NCBI GenBank assembly: GCA_000991575.1
Contig: LBRU01000004.1
Span: forward strand, 8,909-72,908
DNA from: a candidate division TM6 bacterium GW2011_GWE2_36_25
GTDB lineage: Bacteria > Babelota > Babeliae > Babelales > UBA12409
Direction: 5' to 3'
DNA length: 64,000 bases
Of this stretch, positions 46,156 through 56,034 are shown piece after piece. Every line of letters begins with the position of its first letter. The stretch's first letter is position 1. Position numbers and translations under genes: made by a program. The notes under the pieces were generated by a model, which did no database searches, was not told the origin of the DNA, and saw only the letters and a program-made list of their open reading frames with translations.

Positions 46156-47184
46156 ATGAAGCACTATATAAAAATTTTATTTTTTACACCACCTTTAATC
46201 ACTCTCTACGCAGGAAGAAACATCCATCGTTATCATCGCAAAGATATGCCTCGCATAACAGTCTGGAGCAGTGAAGACAAGACAAAATTTAAACTTGCCG
46301 ATTACAACTTAAGACCAATACCACTATTACACGTTTTTGATAAAAAACACTTTGAAGAAAACCTTATTCCCAAAGACGACATTGTATATCGCAATAGCAA
46401 TAAAAAAATCTCTTACCAAAAAATGAACGCCCTTATTAAAAATTTATTAGATGAAATTGATAAAAAAAACAAAGAATATACTGATTTCAAAATTCTCAAG
46501 GGAAGTGGGTTTGTCAGACATAAAAAATGTGGTCTTTTAGTTCTCAAATTTAAAGATCATCCATTCATTTTAAAATTATTTATCGAACCACCCTACAGTT
46601 TTGTTAATCCCTATGACAAAGGCTTTGAAGTCACCAATTTCTTTATCGCCGGAGGCGCATTACGACACTCACTCGGTTTCACCCGCATAAAGACATTAAA
46701 TTATGTACAACAGTACATCGACCAAAATCCAAAATGGAAAGACCATATCGCATTACCACGCAAATGGTTCTGGTTGCCCGAAAAACCGGTGTGGCTTTAC
46801 GTAAAAACTCATAATCTTGGCCAAAAGAAAAAGAATCTCATTACAATGCCTTCCACTTATGGCGTCCTTGCTGATGAACTGATTAAAGATTCGTCAAAAT
46901 CAACAGATTATTATGAGCTCATGGGGCTTTCGCAAGATCTGGAACATCGCATCGACCCTCATACAAAAAATTTTTTTATCGAAAAAGGAACAGGAAAAGT
47001 TGCTTTGATAGATACAGAACTCTTTCCGGTAATTTTCGGATTCAATGAAAAAATTAAACCTCATAATAGTCATGTACAATGGTACACGTATTTGGCGGGA
47101 AAATATCTCAAAGAAAAAGCCTGTACGTTTCATTATGAACGACGAGAGCGCCAATATAATATAAAACATTATTATGTTGATTGA
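46156..47184 (+). CDS. hypothetical protein with a protein-kinase-like motif series
   Basis: ILKGSGF (Gly-rich loop), LLVLKFK (beta3 Lys), RIDPHTKNFF (D-x4-N catalytic loop), ALIDTE (metal-binding Asp). N-terminal hydrophobic segment. Confidence 0.5.
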   Translation: MKHYIKILFFTPPLITLYAGRNIHRYHRKDMPRITVWSSEDKTKFKLADYNLRPIPLLHVFDKKHFEENLIPKDDIVYRNSNKKISYQKMNALIKNLLDEIDKKNKEYTDFKILKGSGFVRHKKCGLLVLKFKDHPFILKLFIEPPYSFVNPYDKGFEVTNFFIAGGALRHSLGFTRIKTLNYVQQYIDQNPKWKDHIALPRKWFWLPEKPVWLYVKTHNLGQKKKNLITMPSTYGVLADELIKDSSKSTDYYELMGLSQDLEHRIDPHTKNFFIEKGTGKVALIDTELFPVIFGFNEKIKPHNSHVQWYTYLAGKYLKEKACTFHYERRERQYNIKHYYVD

Positions 47185-48533
47185 AGGCTATTCTCAAGCT
47201 TCTCTAACACACTTTTTATAGACTCATTCGTATCTTGCACTTTTTGAATTTTACCAATTGCATGCGCAACGGTCGTATGATCTTTGCGTTTTAAAAATTG
47301 ACCAATATCTTGAAGCGATTTATCTGTTAATCGCTTCATCAAATACATTGCTATTTGACGAGCCAAGGCTATTTCTTTGCTCCTCAACTTTGATCTCAAT
47401 TCGGTCAACGTAAATGAATAATATTTTCCCACTGCCTCAGCAATCGATTCGAGTGTACATGATCTACACGCAATGCTTACGGGTGAATGGTTTAAAACTT
47501 TTTTAACAAGATCTAATGACACCGGTTGATTTGTAAGCGATGCAAATGCAAAGACACGAATAAGAGCACCTTCCAATTCTCGAATACTTGCTACTGATTG
47601 CGCAGCAATAAAATGAGCAACTTCATCAGAAATCGGCTCATGTGATAATTCCGCTTTCCTTTTTAAAATAGCAACCTTCTCCTCAATAGTCGGTTTTTGT
47701 ATATCAGTAACAAGGCCCCATCCCAAACGAGAACGCAACCGCTCAGGAATTCCTTTCATCTCAGTAGGATAAACATCACTGGATAAAACAATCTGCTTGG
47801 AAGATTCATATAACGTATTAAAAATATGAAAAAACGCTTCTTGCGTCTGATCTTTATGTGCAATAAATTGGATATCATCAATTAAAAGCACATCTACCGT
47901 TCTGTATTTTTCTTTAAAAAGATCAATTTTGTCAAAACGAATCGCATGAATAAACTCATTTACAAAACGATCGGCGGGCTGATATAAAACCGATAATTTT
48001 TTATATTCTTCTTTTATGGCATTACCAATGGCATGGAGTAAATGAGTCTTGCCTAAGCCAGAGCCCCCGTAAACAAATAAAGGATTATAAACTAATCCCG
48101 GTTTTTTAGTAACCGCATAAGCAGCAGCATATGACAATGAATTACTTGGACCAACCACAAATGTATCAAAGAGATAGGTTTTATTAATTGATATTTTTTT
48201 AGCTTTAACCTGTGGCACAGAAGATGATTCTTCTTGAGGAGCTAATCGCGCAGGAACAACGGTGCAACTTACCTGTTCCTCATGATCGATAAAGGTAACT
48301 TCCAAAGAATCAACTGCAAAAAGGCGCCCCAGATGCTCATAAAAAAGATGAAGATAATTATTGCGAACCCATTCACGAACAAAATGATTTGGCGCCTTAA
48401 GATATACGATACAATTGCAGGAGTCCCACCGTTCAATCGAAACAGCTTTTAACCATGTTTCAACAACACGGCTTCCTTCTTCTTGTTTCACAATATCCAA
48501 AAAATTTTGCCAAATTTGATTTATTGCAGCCAT
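47172..48533 (-). CDS. dnaA: chromosomal replication initiator DnaA
   Basis: GGSGLGKTHLLHAIGN (Walker A), LLIDDIQFI (Walker B), SDVYP (sensor region), and the C-terminal DNA-binding helix KRKDHTTVAHAI. Confidence 0.96.
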   Translation of the reverse strand: MAAINQIWQNFLDIVKQEEGSRVVETWLKAVSIERWDSCNCIVYLKAPNHFVREWVRNNYLHLFYEHLGRLFAVDSLEVTFIDHEEQVSCTVVPARLAPQEESSSVPQVKAKKISINKTYLFDTFVVGPSNSLSYAAAYAVTKKPGLVYNPLFVYGGSGLGKTHLLHAIGNAIKEEYKKLSVLYQPADRFVNEFIHAIRFDKIDLFKEKYRTVDVLLIDDIQFIAHKDQTQEAFFHIFNTLYESSKQIVLSSDVYPTEMKGIPERLRSRLGWGLVTDIQKPTIEEKVAILKRKAELSHEPISDEVAHFIAAQSVASIRELEGALIRVFAFASLTNQPVSLDLVKKVLNHSPVSIACRSCTLESIAEAVGKYYSFTLTELRSKLRSKEIALARQIAMYLMKRLTDKSLQDIGQFLKRKDHTTVAHAIGKIQKVQDTNESIKSVLEKLENSLQST

Positions 48534-48618
48534 TCATCCATCATTGAACTTTTTTTTATCTAGTTTAAGCTTAAGAACTATAAAAAGTAATACTTTTCAG
48601 TACTTAGAAGTATATCAA

Positions 48619-49356
48619 ATGAAAAAGGAATTTGTATTTTTACTTATACTCGGTGGCTGTGGCGGTTCACTTCATAAAAAAAAGCAACTTGCCGCAAACC
48701 ATTATCGTCAAGCATCTTTAGAAATTAGAAATTATCAGAATGAAAATAACGTTAATGCACTTCATAAAGCACTCAATGAAGTCGACAAAGCATTAGAAAC
48801 CCATCCAACAGCACAAAGCCGGGGGCTCAAAGGAACGATTCTTCTACAACTTGGCGTCATTAATCAAAATCGAGATTATATAAAAGATAGCCTCCCTTAT
48901 TTTGAATGGATTATTAAAGATAAAAATACAACAAAAGCACGTAAAGCTGATGCAAAAAATAATTATGCCACCGTACTGTACCAATTAGGAAAAAATGAAG
49001 AAGCGCTCAAGCTGTGGGATGAACTCACAAAAAATCCAAATTACATTAGTCCTGAAGTTGCATTCTTTAATTTAGGATATGCTGAATTAAATGAAGCACT
49101 GCGAGCAGCTCATCAAGAACCTAAAAGATCGCAATCAACCATCAACAAGCATCTCGAACAAGCCGCAACCTATTTCAGACAAGCACTCGCCATTTCTCAT
49201 GAATACATCGATGCCATCTTCTTTTTGGCGCGTACCCAGATTAGCCTCAATCAACTTGAAGACGCGCGCAATTCATTGCTCACCATCTTAACCATTAACC
49301 CCGACCATGAAATAACTAAAGAGTGGTTGAAACGCGTTGAACAAAATATAAAATAA
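48619..49356 (+). CDS. TPR-repeat lipoprotein
   Basis: Start at Met26 of the listed ORF. MKKEFVFLLILGGC|GG lipobox. TPR-like A/Y/L periodicity (NNYATVLYQLGKNEEALKLWDE..). Confidence 0.65.
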   Translation: MKKEFVFLLILGGCGGSLHKKKQLAANHYRQASLEIRNYQNENNVNALHKALNEVDKALETHPTAQSRGLKGTILLQLGVINQNRDYIKDSLPYFEWIIKDKNTTKARKADAKNNYATVLYQLGKNEEALKLWDELTKNPNYISPEVAFFNLGYAELNEALRAAHQEPKRSQSTINKHLEQAATYFRQALAISHEYIDAIFFLARTQISLNQLEDARNSLLTILTINPDHEITKEWLKRVEQNIK

Positions 49357-49431
49357 TAAAAATTTTTCCATCTCTTGCTTTTTAAGGCCCCCAGAAAATA
49401 AATTTATAATAGAAATAGTGGGGGTCTTTCT

Positions 49432-50649
49432 ATGTTCAAAAATATTAATTTTTTAGTTATTTCACTCTTTTTTTATACCAATGCATTTAAGCTTGGGCTC
49501 GAAAATATTTCTCCGCACTTAAAAAATAGACTTATTAAACAAAAAAAACGAATTGGTTTAGTAACTAATCAAACAGGTATTGATCAAGCCGGAAGAAGAA
49601 ATATTGATCGACTGCTCAATGAAGGATTTAACCTTGTGTCGATATTTGTACCCGAACATGGTTTAACGGGTAGTGCAAAAAATGGAGAGGCCATTGACAA
49701 CGGTTTTGATCACAGCACTCGATTACCCATTATTAGTCTGTATAAAGGAGAAACAAGAAAAAATACGTGTTCTCCTGAAAATATTAAAAATATTGATATT
49801 TTCATGTTTGACATTCAAGATTCTGGCATGCGCCATTATACCTACATATCAACCCTGTTTAAGGTACTTGAACGAGCAGCAGAATACAACAAAGAAGTTA
49901 TTGTGCTTGATCGGCCAAACCCATTAGGCAGCATCATGGAAGGCCCACTTGTAGAACCAGATCAAAAATCATTTATTTCAATCGCGCCAATTCCCGTACG
50001 TCATGGTATGACTATTGGAGAACTTGCACAGTATTTTAATCGATTTAATGTAGCTAAACCGACACAACTAACGGTTGTTCCTATGCAAGGTTATCAACGC
50101 ACGAAAGGTATCGATACCTTACCAGCAATGCTTTCGTCAGGATTACGCACAAAACAAGGATGCTATGCATACAGCTTCTTGGGTCTTTTAGGTGAAATTA
50201 GACCATTTTTTATTGGCTTAAAAACTGATAAACCATTTGAGGTACTCATGATATCAAATAAACACAATATACCACTTGATTATTGGCATAAACTAAAAAT
50301 TTTATTTAAAAAATTTCATGTCGATAGCAAACTTACCAAATTGCAACATACCCCTAATCAAAAATGGTATACCGGTCTCGCACTTAACATTGAAGACATC
50401 AATCAAGTACATGCATTTGAACTTTTTCTTAAAATTTTGCAATTGTCTCAAAAATACAATCTTGATTTAAAATTCGCTCCGACCTTCAACTTGGCTACCG
50501 GAACAGATAAAGTTAGAAAATTTTTAGATCGACAATATTCAAAAGATAATTTAAAGACATTTATCAACAACAATCTTAAGGATTTCAATCGTCAAGCACA
50601 AAGCTGTTATATCTATTCACCTACACCTCAAATAACATTGTTAAAATAA
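49432..50649 (+). CDS. DUF1343 / NamZ-like exo-beta-N-acetylmuramidase
   Basis: GLVTNQTGID, FVPEHGL.G, ISLY, DIFMFDIQDSGMRHYTYISTL, LDRPNPLG and PIPVRHGMTIGELA are hallmark DUF1343 blocks. Confidence 0.8.
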   Translation: MFKNINFLVISLFFYTNAFKLGLENISPHLKNRLIKQKKRIGLVTNQTGIDQAGRRNIDRLLNEGFNLVSIFVPEHGLTGSAKNGEAIDNGFDHSTRLPIISLYKGETRKNTCSPENIKNIDIFMFDIQDSGMRHYTYISTLFKVLERAAEYNKEVIVLDRPNPLGSIMEGPLVEPDQKSFISIAPIPVRHGMTIGELAQYFNRFNVAKPTQLTVVPMQGYQRTKGIDTLPAMLSSGLRTKQGCYAYSFLGLLGEIRPFFIGLKTDKPFEVLMISNKHNIPLDYWHKLKILFKKFHVDSKLTKLQHTPNQKWYTGLALNIEDINQVHAFELFLKILQLSQKYNLDLKFAPTFNLATGTDKVRKFLDRQYSKDNLKTFINNNLKDFNRQAQSCYIYSPTPQITLLK

Positions 50650-50675
50650 CTTGAATTTTACTAAATAGCTTAAGA

Positions 50676-51707
50676 TTAATCTCGAGGCTCAATTACATAT
50701 GCAAGACGTCCTGAATTTTCCCAAGCTTTTAAAAATTCATTGATATCATAGGCATGCAAAACATCTTTGGAAGAAGAAAAAGCGGGATCAAAGCAAATAA
50801 CTTTTTTATGGCTATTATCCCACCCAGCAACAACCAACAGATGTCCCTCGCTATAAGTTTTTCCTTCAGGCATCGTCTTTAAGGGTCCACGTACACTTAC
50901 AACAACCGGAAGACGTTTTTTTAAATAATCATATAATTCAGCAAATTGATTAAAACGAGTTACAGAAAAATAAAAACGCCCTCTACACCGATCAAACGCA
51001 TGTGCCACATTAAAGGGCCAGCTCCCATACGTTTCTAAACCATAATCATATACATCTTCAGCAAAAGACTCTGGAGCCTCATACTTTCCGTTCAAATATG
51101 AAACAACCATACTTAACGACGCTGGCGAACAAATACGATTACGCTCTCGATGCTGCGCTTCCATCTGTGAAATAGCTGGCATATGTTTAATCGCAATAGA
51201 TGGCAAAGAAAAATTTAAATCATTGCCACGCTCAGAAACAAATGATGGATAATGTACTGCAGCAAAAGAAAGTCTATAAACCAAATCTAAAGAAGCGCCG
51301 CCAAAACCTTCAACTTTAACACGACACTTGTCAGCTACATGTCCCTTTGGCATTTGCCAGCGCACATAAAAAAAAGATGGATCATTTTCAATGCTTTGTT
51401 CAAAAGAACGCTGAACACCCTTTCCCCATTCAGCAATACGCGCCCAATTACTCCATCGCTGCGTGGTTGCATCATACACTTGCATAGAAAACAGGTACTT
51501 CCCTTCAAGAGGACGCACAACATTCCACGAAAATAAAATTTGCGTTGCAAGCGACGATAATTCTTTTTTTACAATGACAGAATTGCGATAACGCATTAAA
51601 GATCTTTGCGCATCATTAAATGTTACAAAAGAAAGGGCTGACCATTGCTCTGCAAAACAACAATGAGCCATGAGAAACAAAATTGTAAATCGCACAAAAC
51701 CCTTCAT
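50676..51707 (-). CDS. secreted C39-like (papain-fold) cysteine peptidase domain protein
   Basis: Signal peptide present. ICSPASLSMVVSYLNG (nucleophile Cys context) and EGHLLVVAGWD (His). Confidence 0.6.
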   Translation of the reverse strand: MKGFVRFTILFLMAHCCFAEQWSALSFVTFNDAQRSLMRYRNSVIVKKELSSLATQILFSWNVVRPLEGKYLFSMQVYDATTQRWSNWARIAEWGKGVQRSFEQSIENDPSFFYVRWQMPKGHVADKCRVKVEGFGGASLDLVYRLSFAAVHYPSFVSERGNDLNFSLPSIAIKHMPAISQMEAQHRERNRICSPASLSMVVSYLNGKYEAPESFAEDVYDYGLETYGSWPFNVAHAFDRCRGRFYFSVTRFNQFAELYDYLKKRLPVVVSVRGPLKTMPEGKTYSEGHLLVVAGWDNSHKKVICFDPAFSSSKDVLHAYDINEFLKAWENSGRLAYVIEPRD

Positions 51708-51873
51708 GATCTCTCTCCTCTATTCTCTATAAAATATTATCAAACTTTAATTATTTAATTAAATAATTTTTAGAAAATTGCCAAACAATATACTGAGTAA
51801 CGTAAATATCTCGACAAATAAGAGAGCTATAGATCATACTTAATAACAAAACAATATTGAAAAGGAGCTTTTC

Positions 51874-53046
51874 ATGAATAGCCGTCTTTTTCTTATTCTT
51901 TTTTGCGTAGTCAGCAAACTTATTGCACAAAAAGCTGTTTGTTCTGTCCCGGTAGCAGACTTGGTAGGCGAACCACTTTCAGAAAATTTTTATAAACATC
52001 TGCCAATTAATGGTGATGATCAAGCCGTGAAAAGAATTGGTCAACTTTTATTTAATGAAATTGTAGAAATAATTGATGAAAATGAAAAAGAGGCACACAT
52101 ACAAGTTTTGAATCATTTTTATTGCACCTACACCGACAAACAACCGCGAACGGAATATTGGACTCTTAAAAAAAACCTCACACCCATCTCAGAAATAGAA
52201 GATCTTAATGTTTTATCTCAACCTCTATCGTATAAACAAAAAAACAATCAACCTGCACACCTTATCACACTACAAAAACCATTTTTTGATTATAAAAATC
52301 ATCGTCTTTATTCGGCAGGTACACGTTTTTTATGTTCACCCTCTGGTGAAGATAATAATAATGATAATTCTTATTATTATGTCTACACGCTTTCACCTCA
52401 ATTTAAAAAAACAACGATCAAAATTCCTCGGAACATCTGTATTACCTTTAAGCACTCACCAGACGAACAGATACGGCTCTTTATTGAAACGCTTCGCAAA
52501 TTAGCGAGTTGTTCTCAAGGAAAAATTCCATATGTGCTGGGGGGCATGAGCTATGCCCGAGAATACAAAAAGGGCTGCATTGAAAAAACAATAAATATTG
52601 GCGATCAAAAGACGCATATTTTTCAAACAAAAGAACATATCCAAGGACCACACACCGGCTTTGACTGCGCAGGACTCATCTTTCGCGCTGCTCAGATTGC
52701 CGGATTACCATTTTATACAAAAAACACTTCTGCGATGAAACATCATCTGCGGCCGCTGAAAAGCGATGAAGAAATCGAAAATGGAGATATTATTTTTATT
52801 CCAGGACACGTAATTGCCATTGTCGACAAAGAAAACAACCGAGTCGTTGAAGCACGAACACAATCACATGGTTATGGTTTTGTTCATGAAATAGATTTAA
52901 ATTTACTTTTTAAAGAAATTGAAAGCTTTGACGATCTCAGAAAATTTCATTTTTCAAAAGAAAAAGCTTCTCGCCTTGATCGAAACGGACAAATAATTGC
53001 GCACAAACCAATAACTATTTTAAAAATAAAATCTATTTTTGAATAA
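51874..53046 (+). CDS. NlpC/P60-family peptidoglycan endopeptidase with an N-terminal SH3b-like region
   Basis: Signal peptide present. GFDCAGLIFRAAQIAG (catalytic Cys), GDIIFIPGHVIAIV (His). Confidence 0.8.
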   Translation: MNSRLFLILFCVVSKLIAQKAVCSVPVADLVGEPLSENFYKHLPINGDDQAVKRIGQLLFNEIVEIIDENEKEAHIQVLNHFYCTYTDKQPRTEYWTLKKNLTPISEIEDLNVLSQPLSYKQKNNQPAHLITLQKPFFDYKNHRLYSAGTRFLCSPSGEDNNNDNSYYYVYTLSPQFKKTTIKIPRNICITFKHSPDEQIRLFIETLRKLASCSQGKIPYVLGGMSYAREYKKGCIEKTINIGDQKTHIFQTKEHIQGPHTGFDCAGLIFRAAQIAGLPFYTKNTSAMKHHLRPLKSDEEIENGDIIFIPGHVIAIVDKENNRVVEARTQSHGYGFVHEIDLNLLFKEIESFDDLRKFHFSKEKASRLDRNGQIIAHKPITILKIKSIFE

Positions 53047-53096
53047 CAACGACCTCTAACGATGAGAGTAAATTTAACTAAAAAGCAATAATAATT

Positions 53097-54791
53097 TTAT
53101 TTACGTCTAAATTTGGGCTTGCTTTTCTGCCAACTTCTCTTTTCGCCCCTGCCGCTTCTATCCCTTCTATCACGACGTCCGCCAGCAAAGTCACGCGAAC
53201 CACCAGAACGATCAAAGGTATCTTCTACTATATAAATTCGAGGATTACCTTTTGCGATCGATTTTTTGGTCATTGCCTGCATGCATTCTTGAATTCGGCT
53301 TTGAGGTACTGAGATAAATGTTTTCCTGTTAATAACGCGTACTTTTGAAATATCTTGCGGCTGCAAATTACATGTCACATAGAGATAATCACGAACCGCA
53401 TCTTCATCAAACCCGTCATCACGTCCAACTTCTAAACAAATTTCTTGTGGTTTATTTGTCATTTCATAACTAACAGATGCTAATTTTTCATTAATAATAT
53501 CTTTGAAAAATTTATCTTCTAAAGCAATAAGTAATGCATGACGAATTTCTTCTGCAGAAAAAGTATCAATTACCGTATTTAATGCTTGATGAACAGCGGA
53601 AAGCTTTTTATCTGGAGCTTTCGATTGCTCAACAAAATCTGAAACGGCACCCATTTTTGCATTGATAACTGTTTCAATTGATGGAATCGGTATTTCTTGC
53701 AACTTAGTTTTAGCTGCTCTTTCAAGTCGCTGAATGCGATAACGTTCTGAAGGCGCAAGGAAAACAATTGCAATACCTTCTTTGCCCGCTCTACCTGTTC
53801 GTCCAATACGATGAATATAATTTTCATGTTCTTCAGGTATTGAAAAATTTATCACATGGGTAAGATCTGAAACATCGATACCACGTGCAGCAACATCAGT
53901 AGCAACTAAAATATTGAAATCTTTGTTTTTAAAACCTTTAATAATTTGATTGCGCAATGCTTGAGACATGTCCCCATGTAAACAATTAGCTTTAAAACCA
54001 CGACTTACCAATTGCTCCATAACCTCGTTAGTCAAAATTTTCGTTTGACAAAAAATGATCCCATAAAAATCGGGCGAAGATTCTATAAATCGAGCTGTCG
54101 CAGCCATGCGATTTTTTCGCTGAACAACACAAAAATATTGTTTTACTTGTGGACTCAGTGAAGCTTTTTTTTCTGCCGCAATTACGGCAACATTATTCAT
54201 GTGAGAATTAATCAGCTGCTTAATTCCAGGACGCACAGTCGCTGAAAAAAGCCAAATAAGCCGTTCTTTAGGTGCGCAATGTAAAATACCGTCAATTTCC
54301 TCTTTAAATCCCATATCAAGCATAATGTCTGCTTCATCAAGAACAAGCACCTTAAGATTTTTGAGAGACAATGTTTTTCTACGCAAATGATCATTTAAAC
54401 GCCCGGGAGTTCCCACTATAATCTGTGCACCACGTTTAATATTAGAAATTTGTTGATTAATAGGCATACCGCCATACACTGGCTCAATAACAATACTTGT
54501 ACCACGTGAAACATCTTTTAAATGTTCATAAATCTGTAAAACAAGTTCTCGTGTTGGAGCAACAATAAGAGCTTGAACATTTTTACTTGCGGGATCAACA
54601 AGATGAAGTAACGGAATACCAAACGCAATCGTTTTACCCGTACCTGTTTGTGCTTGTGCATGTATATCGCGCGGCGTACTAATAAGAAACGGTATAACTT
54701 TTTCTTGAATTTCAGTTGGCTCAGTAAAACCAAGTGAATCAAGTGATTTTTGAATTTCGGGAAGAAGCGGAAAATCGGTAAATTTTTTCAT
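53097..54791 (-). CDS. DEAD-box ATP-dependent RNA helicase (DeaD/CsdA-like) with a DbpA-type RNA-binding domain and an RG-rich tail
   Basis: Q-motif FTEPTEIQ; AQTGTGKT, DEAD (LVLDEADIM), SAT, HRIGRTGRAG. C-terminus GGSRDFAGGRRDRRDRSGRG. Start at Met7. Confidence 0.92.
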   Translation of the reverse strand: MKKFTDFPLLPEIQKSLDSLGFTEPTEIQEKVIPFLISTPRDIHAQAQTGTGKTIAFGIPLLHLVDPASKNVQALIVAPTRELVLQIYEHLKDVSRGTSIVIEPVYGGMPINQQISNIKRGAQIIVGTPGRLNDHLRRKTLSLKNLKVLVLDEADIMLDMGFKEEIDGILHCAPKERLIWLFSATVRPGIKQLINSHMNNVAVIAAEKKASLSPQVKQYFCVVQRKNRMAATARFIESSPDFYGIIFCQTKILTNEVMEQLVSRGFKANCLHGDMSQALRNQIIKGFKNKDFNILVATDVAARGIDVSDLTHVINFSIPEEHENYIHRIGRTGRAGKEGIAIVFLAPSERYRIQRLERAAKTKLQEIPIPSIETVINAKMGAVSDFVEQSKAPDKKLSAVHQALNTVIDTFSAEEIRHALLIALEDKFFKDIINEKLASVSYEMTNKPQEICLEVGRDDGFDEDAVRDYLYVTCNLQPQDISKVRVINRKTFISVPQSRIQECMQAMTKKSIAKGNPRIYIVEDTFDRSGGSRDFAGGRRDRRDRSGRGEKRSWQKSKPKFRRK

Positions 54792-55045
54792 AAAAAATTT
54801 TTCTCTCAATTAATAAATTTACATTATCACGAATAATGAGCTTTTTTGAAGATGTTTGTAAAAAAAAGAAAACTCATGTATTGGAAATAGCTTTATCTTC
54901 TATAAAAAGAATACGAATTAATTACAAAAAGACTTGCAACCTGACCATCCGAATCTGATAAGAGCATAGGCAACGTCCCATACAATACTATTTTACCTTA
55001 TTTTTGCCCAAAAGAGAAATTTGCATGAAAAACAAGGATATTTTA

Positions 55046-55933
55046 CTATATTCCGCACCTTCGCGCACAAGATCGAATTTTATGCCCAAAATAACGCAGA
55101 AAGTTCATCCGGCTCGTACATTTTAAACGATCCTGCAAGATATCAACAACATCCCAATGATCATACATTTTTGCCAAATCCAACGCAGAAAGGCCGCGCG
55201 CTGTTTTTATATTTAAATCGATAAGTGGAGATGTTAATAATCGTTTAACAACAACGGCATAACCATTTATTGCTGCCCATATAAGTACTGTATAACCAAA
55301 TACATCTTTTATGTTTGGATTGGCTCCGTGATCCAACAACAAGCCAACAATCTCTTCATGTTGATGATCAATAGCTAACCTCAATGCAGTATATCCATAA
55401 AGTTCTTCCTTCATGTCTAAATCGAGATCCTCCCGAGCTAACAATAAACGAACGATCTGACGATCACCGTTCATTGCGGCTACCATCAGCGCAGAATAAC
55501 CACCCATATCTTGCATATTAACTGATACATCCGGAAAAACTAATAACTCATTAATGCAAACCATATTTCTTGTGCGAACAGCATGCAAAAACAATAATTC
55601 TTGCGCGCGCGAACGCAATTCACTAAAATCATGTGATCGTCGAAACGAAAGAAACGCCTCCCATTCTCTAAAATTCGCAATTTGCGCTTCGCATAATGGA
55701 CACGTTACTCCAATACCTTTTTGTTGCAACCATTTAATAAAACACTCTCGACAATACGGATGTGAACACTTGAAGAAAATTTCTTTTTTCACTGTTTGAT
55801 CAATTTGTTGCACAGAAAACTCATCAGCAAAACATCGCAAACACATGGGACATATCTCAGACTCAATCTCCATAGAATTTAAAAAGGAAATTGATAGAAA
55901 AAACACGAGCTTCACAACTGTTTTTAACATCAA
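55046..55933 (-). CDS. RING-finger (C3HC4) plus ankyrin-repeat protein with a signal-like N-terminus
   Basis: C28-x2-C31-x24-C56-x-H58-x2-C61-x2-C64-x13-C78-x2-C81, followed by at least 4 ANK units (GYSALMVAAMNGDRQIVRLLL.., GYTVLIWAAINGYAVVVKRLL). Confidence 0.85.
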   Translation of the reverse strand: MMLKTVVKLVFFLSISFLNSMEIESEICPMCLRCFADEFSVQQIDQTVKKEIFFKCSHPYCRECFIKWLQQKGIGVTCPLCEAQIANFREWEAFLSFRRSHDFSELRSRAQELLFLHAVRTRNMVCINELLVFPDVSVNMQDMGGYSALMVAAMNGDRQIVRLLLAREDLDLDMKEELYGYTALRLAIDHQHEEIVGLLLDHGANPNIKDVFGYTVLIWAAINGYAVVVKRLLTSPLIDLNIKTARGLSALDLAKMYDHWDVVDILQDRLKCTSRMNFLRYFGHKIRSCARRCGI

Positions 55934-56034
55934 TTTCCTTTTTAAAATTATTATAACTAAATCTAAGAATTTTTAGAAAGTACGAGCATAAAAAACTTCT
56001 ATTCGATTAAGCTGAACATTAACCCGATCCAACT

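Noticed and set aside
48534-48618. oriC immediately upstream of dnaA.
   Set aside because: The intergenic region is only 85 bp. By eye I found no TTATCCACA-like boxes and no AT-rich unwinding-element repeats, so there is not enough evidence to call an origin.
54792-55045. Possible structured 5' leader or sRNA in the 254-nt region upstream of the DEAD-box helicase, and ORF 55021..55224.
   Set aside because: I could not find a convincing hairpin, terminator or conserved motif. The ORF overlaps the RING-ANK gene antisense and lacks an RBS. A long leader is plausible for cold-shock helicases but is unsupported here.
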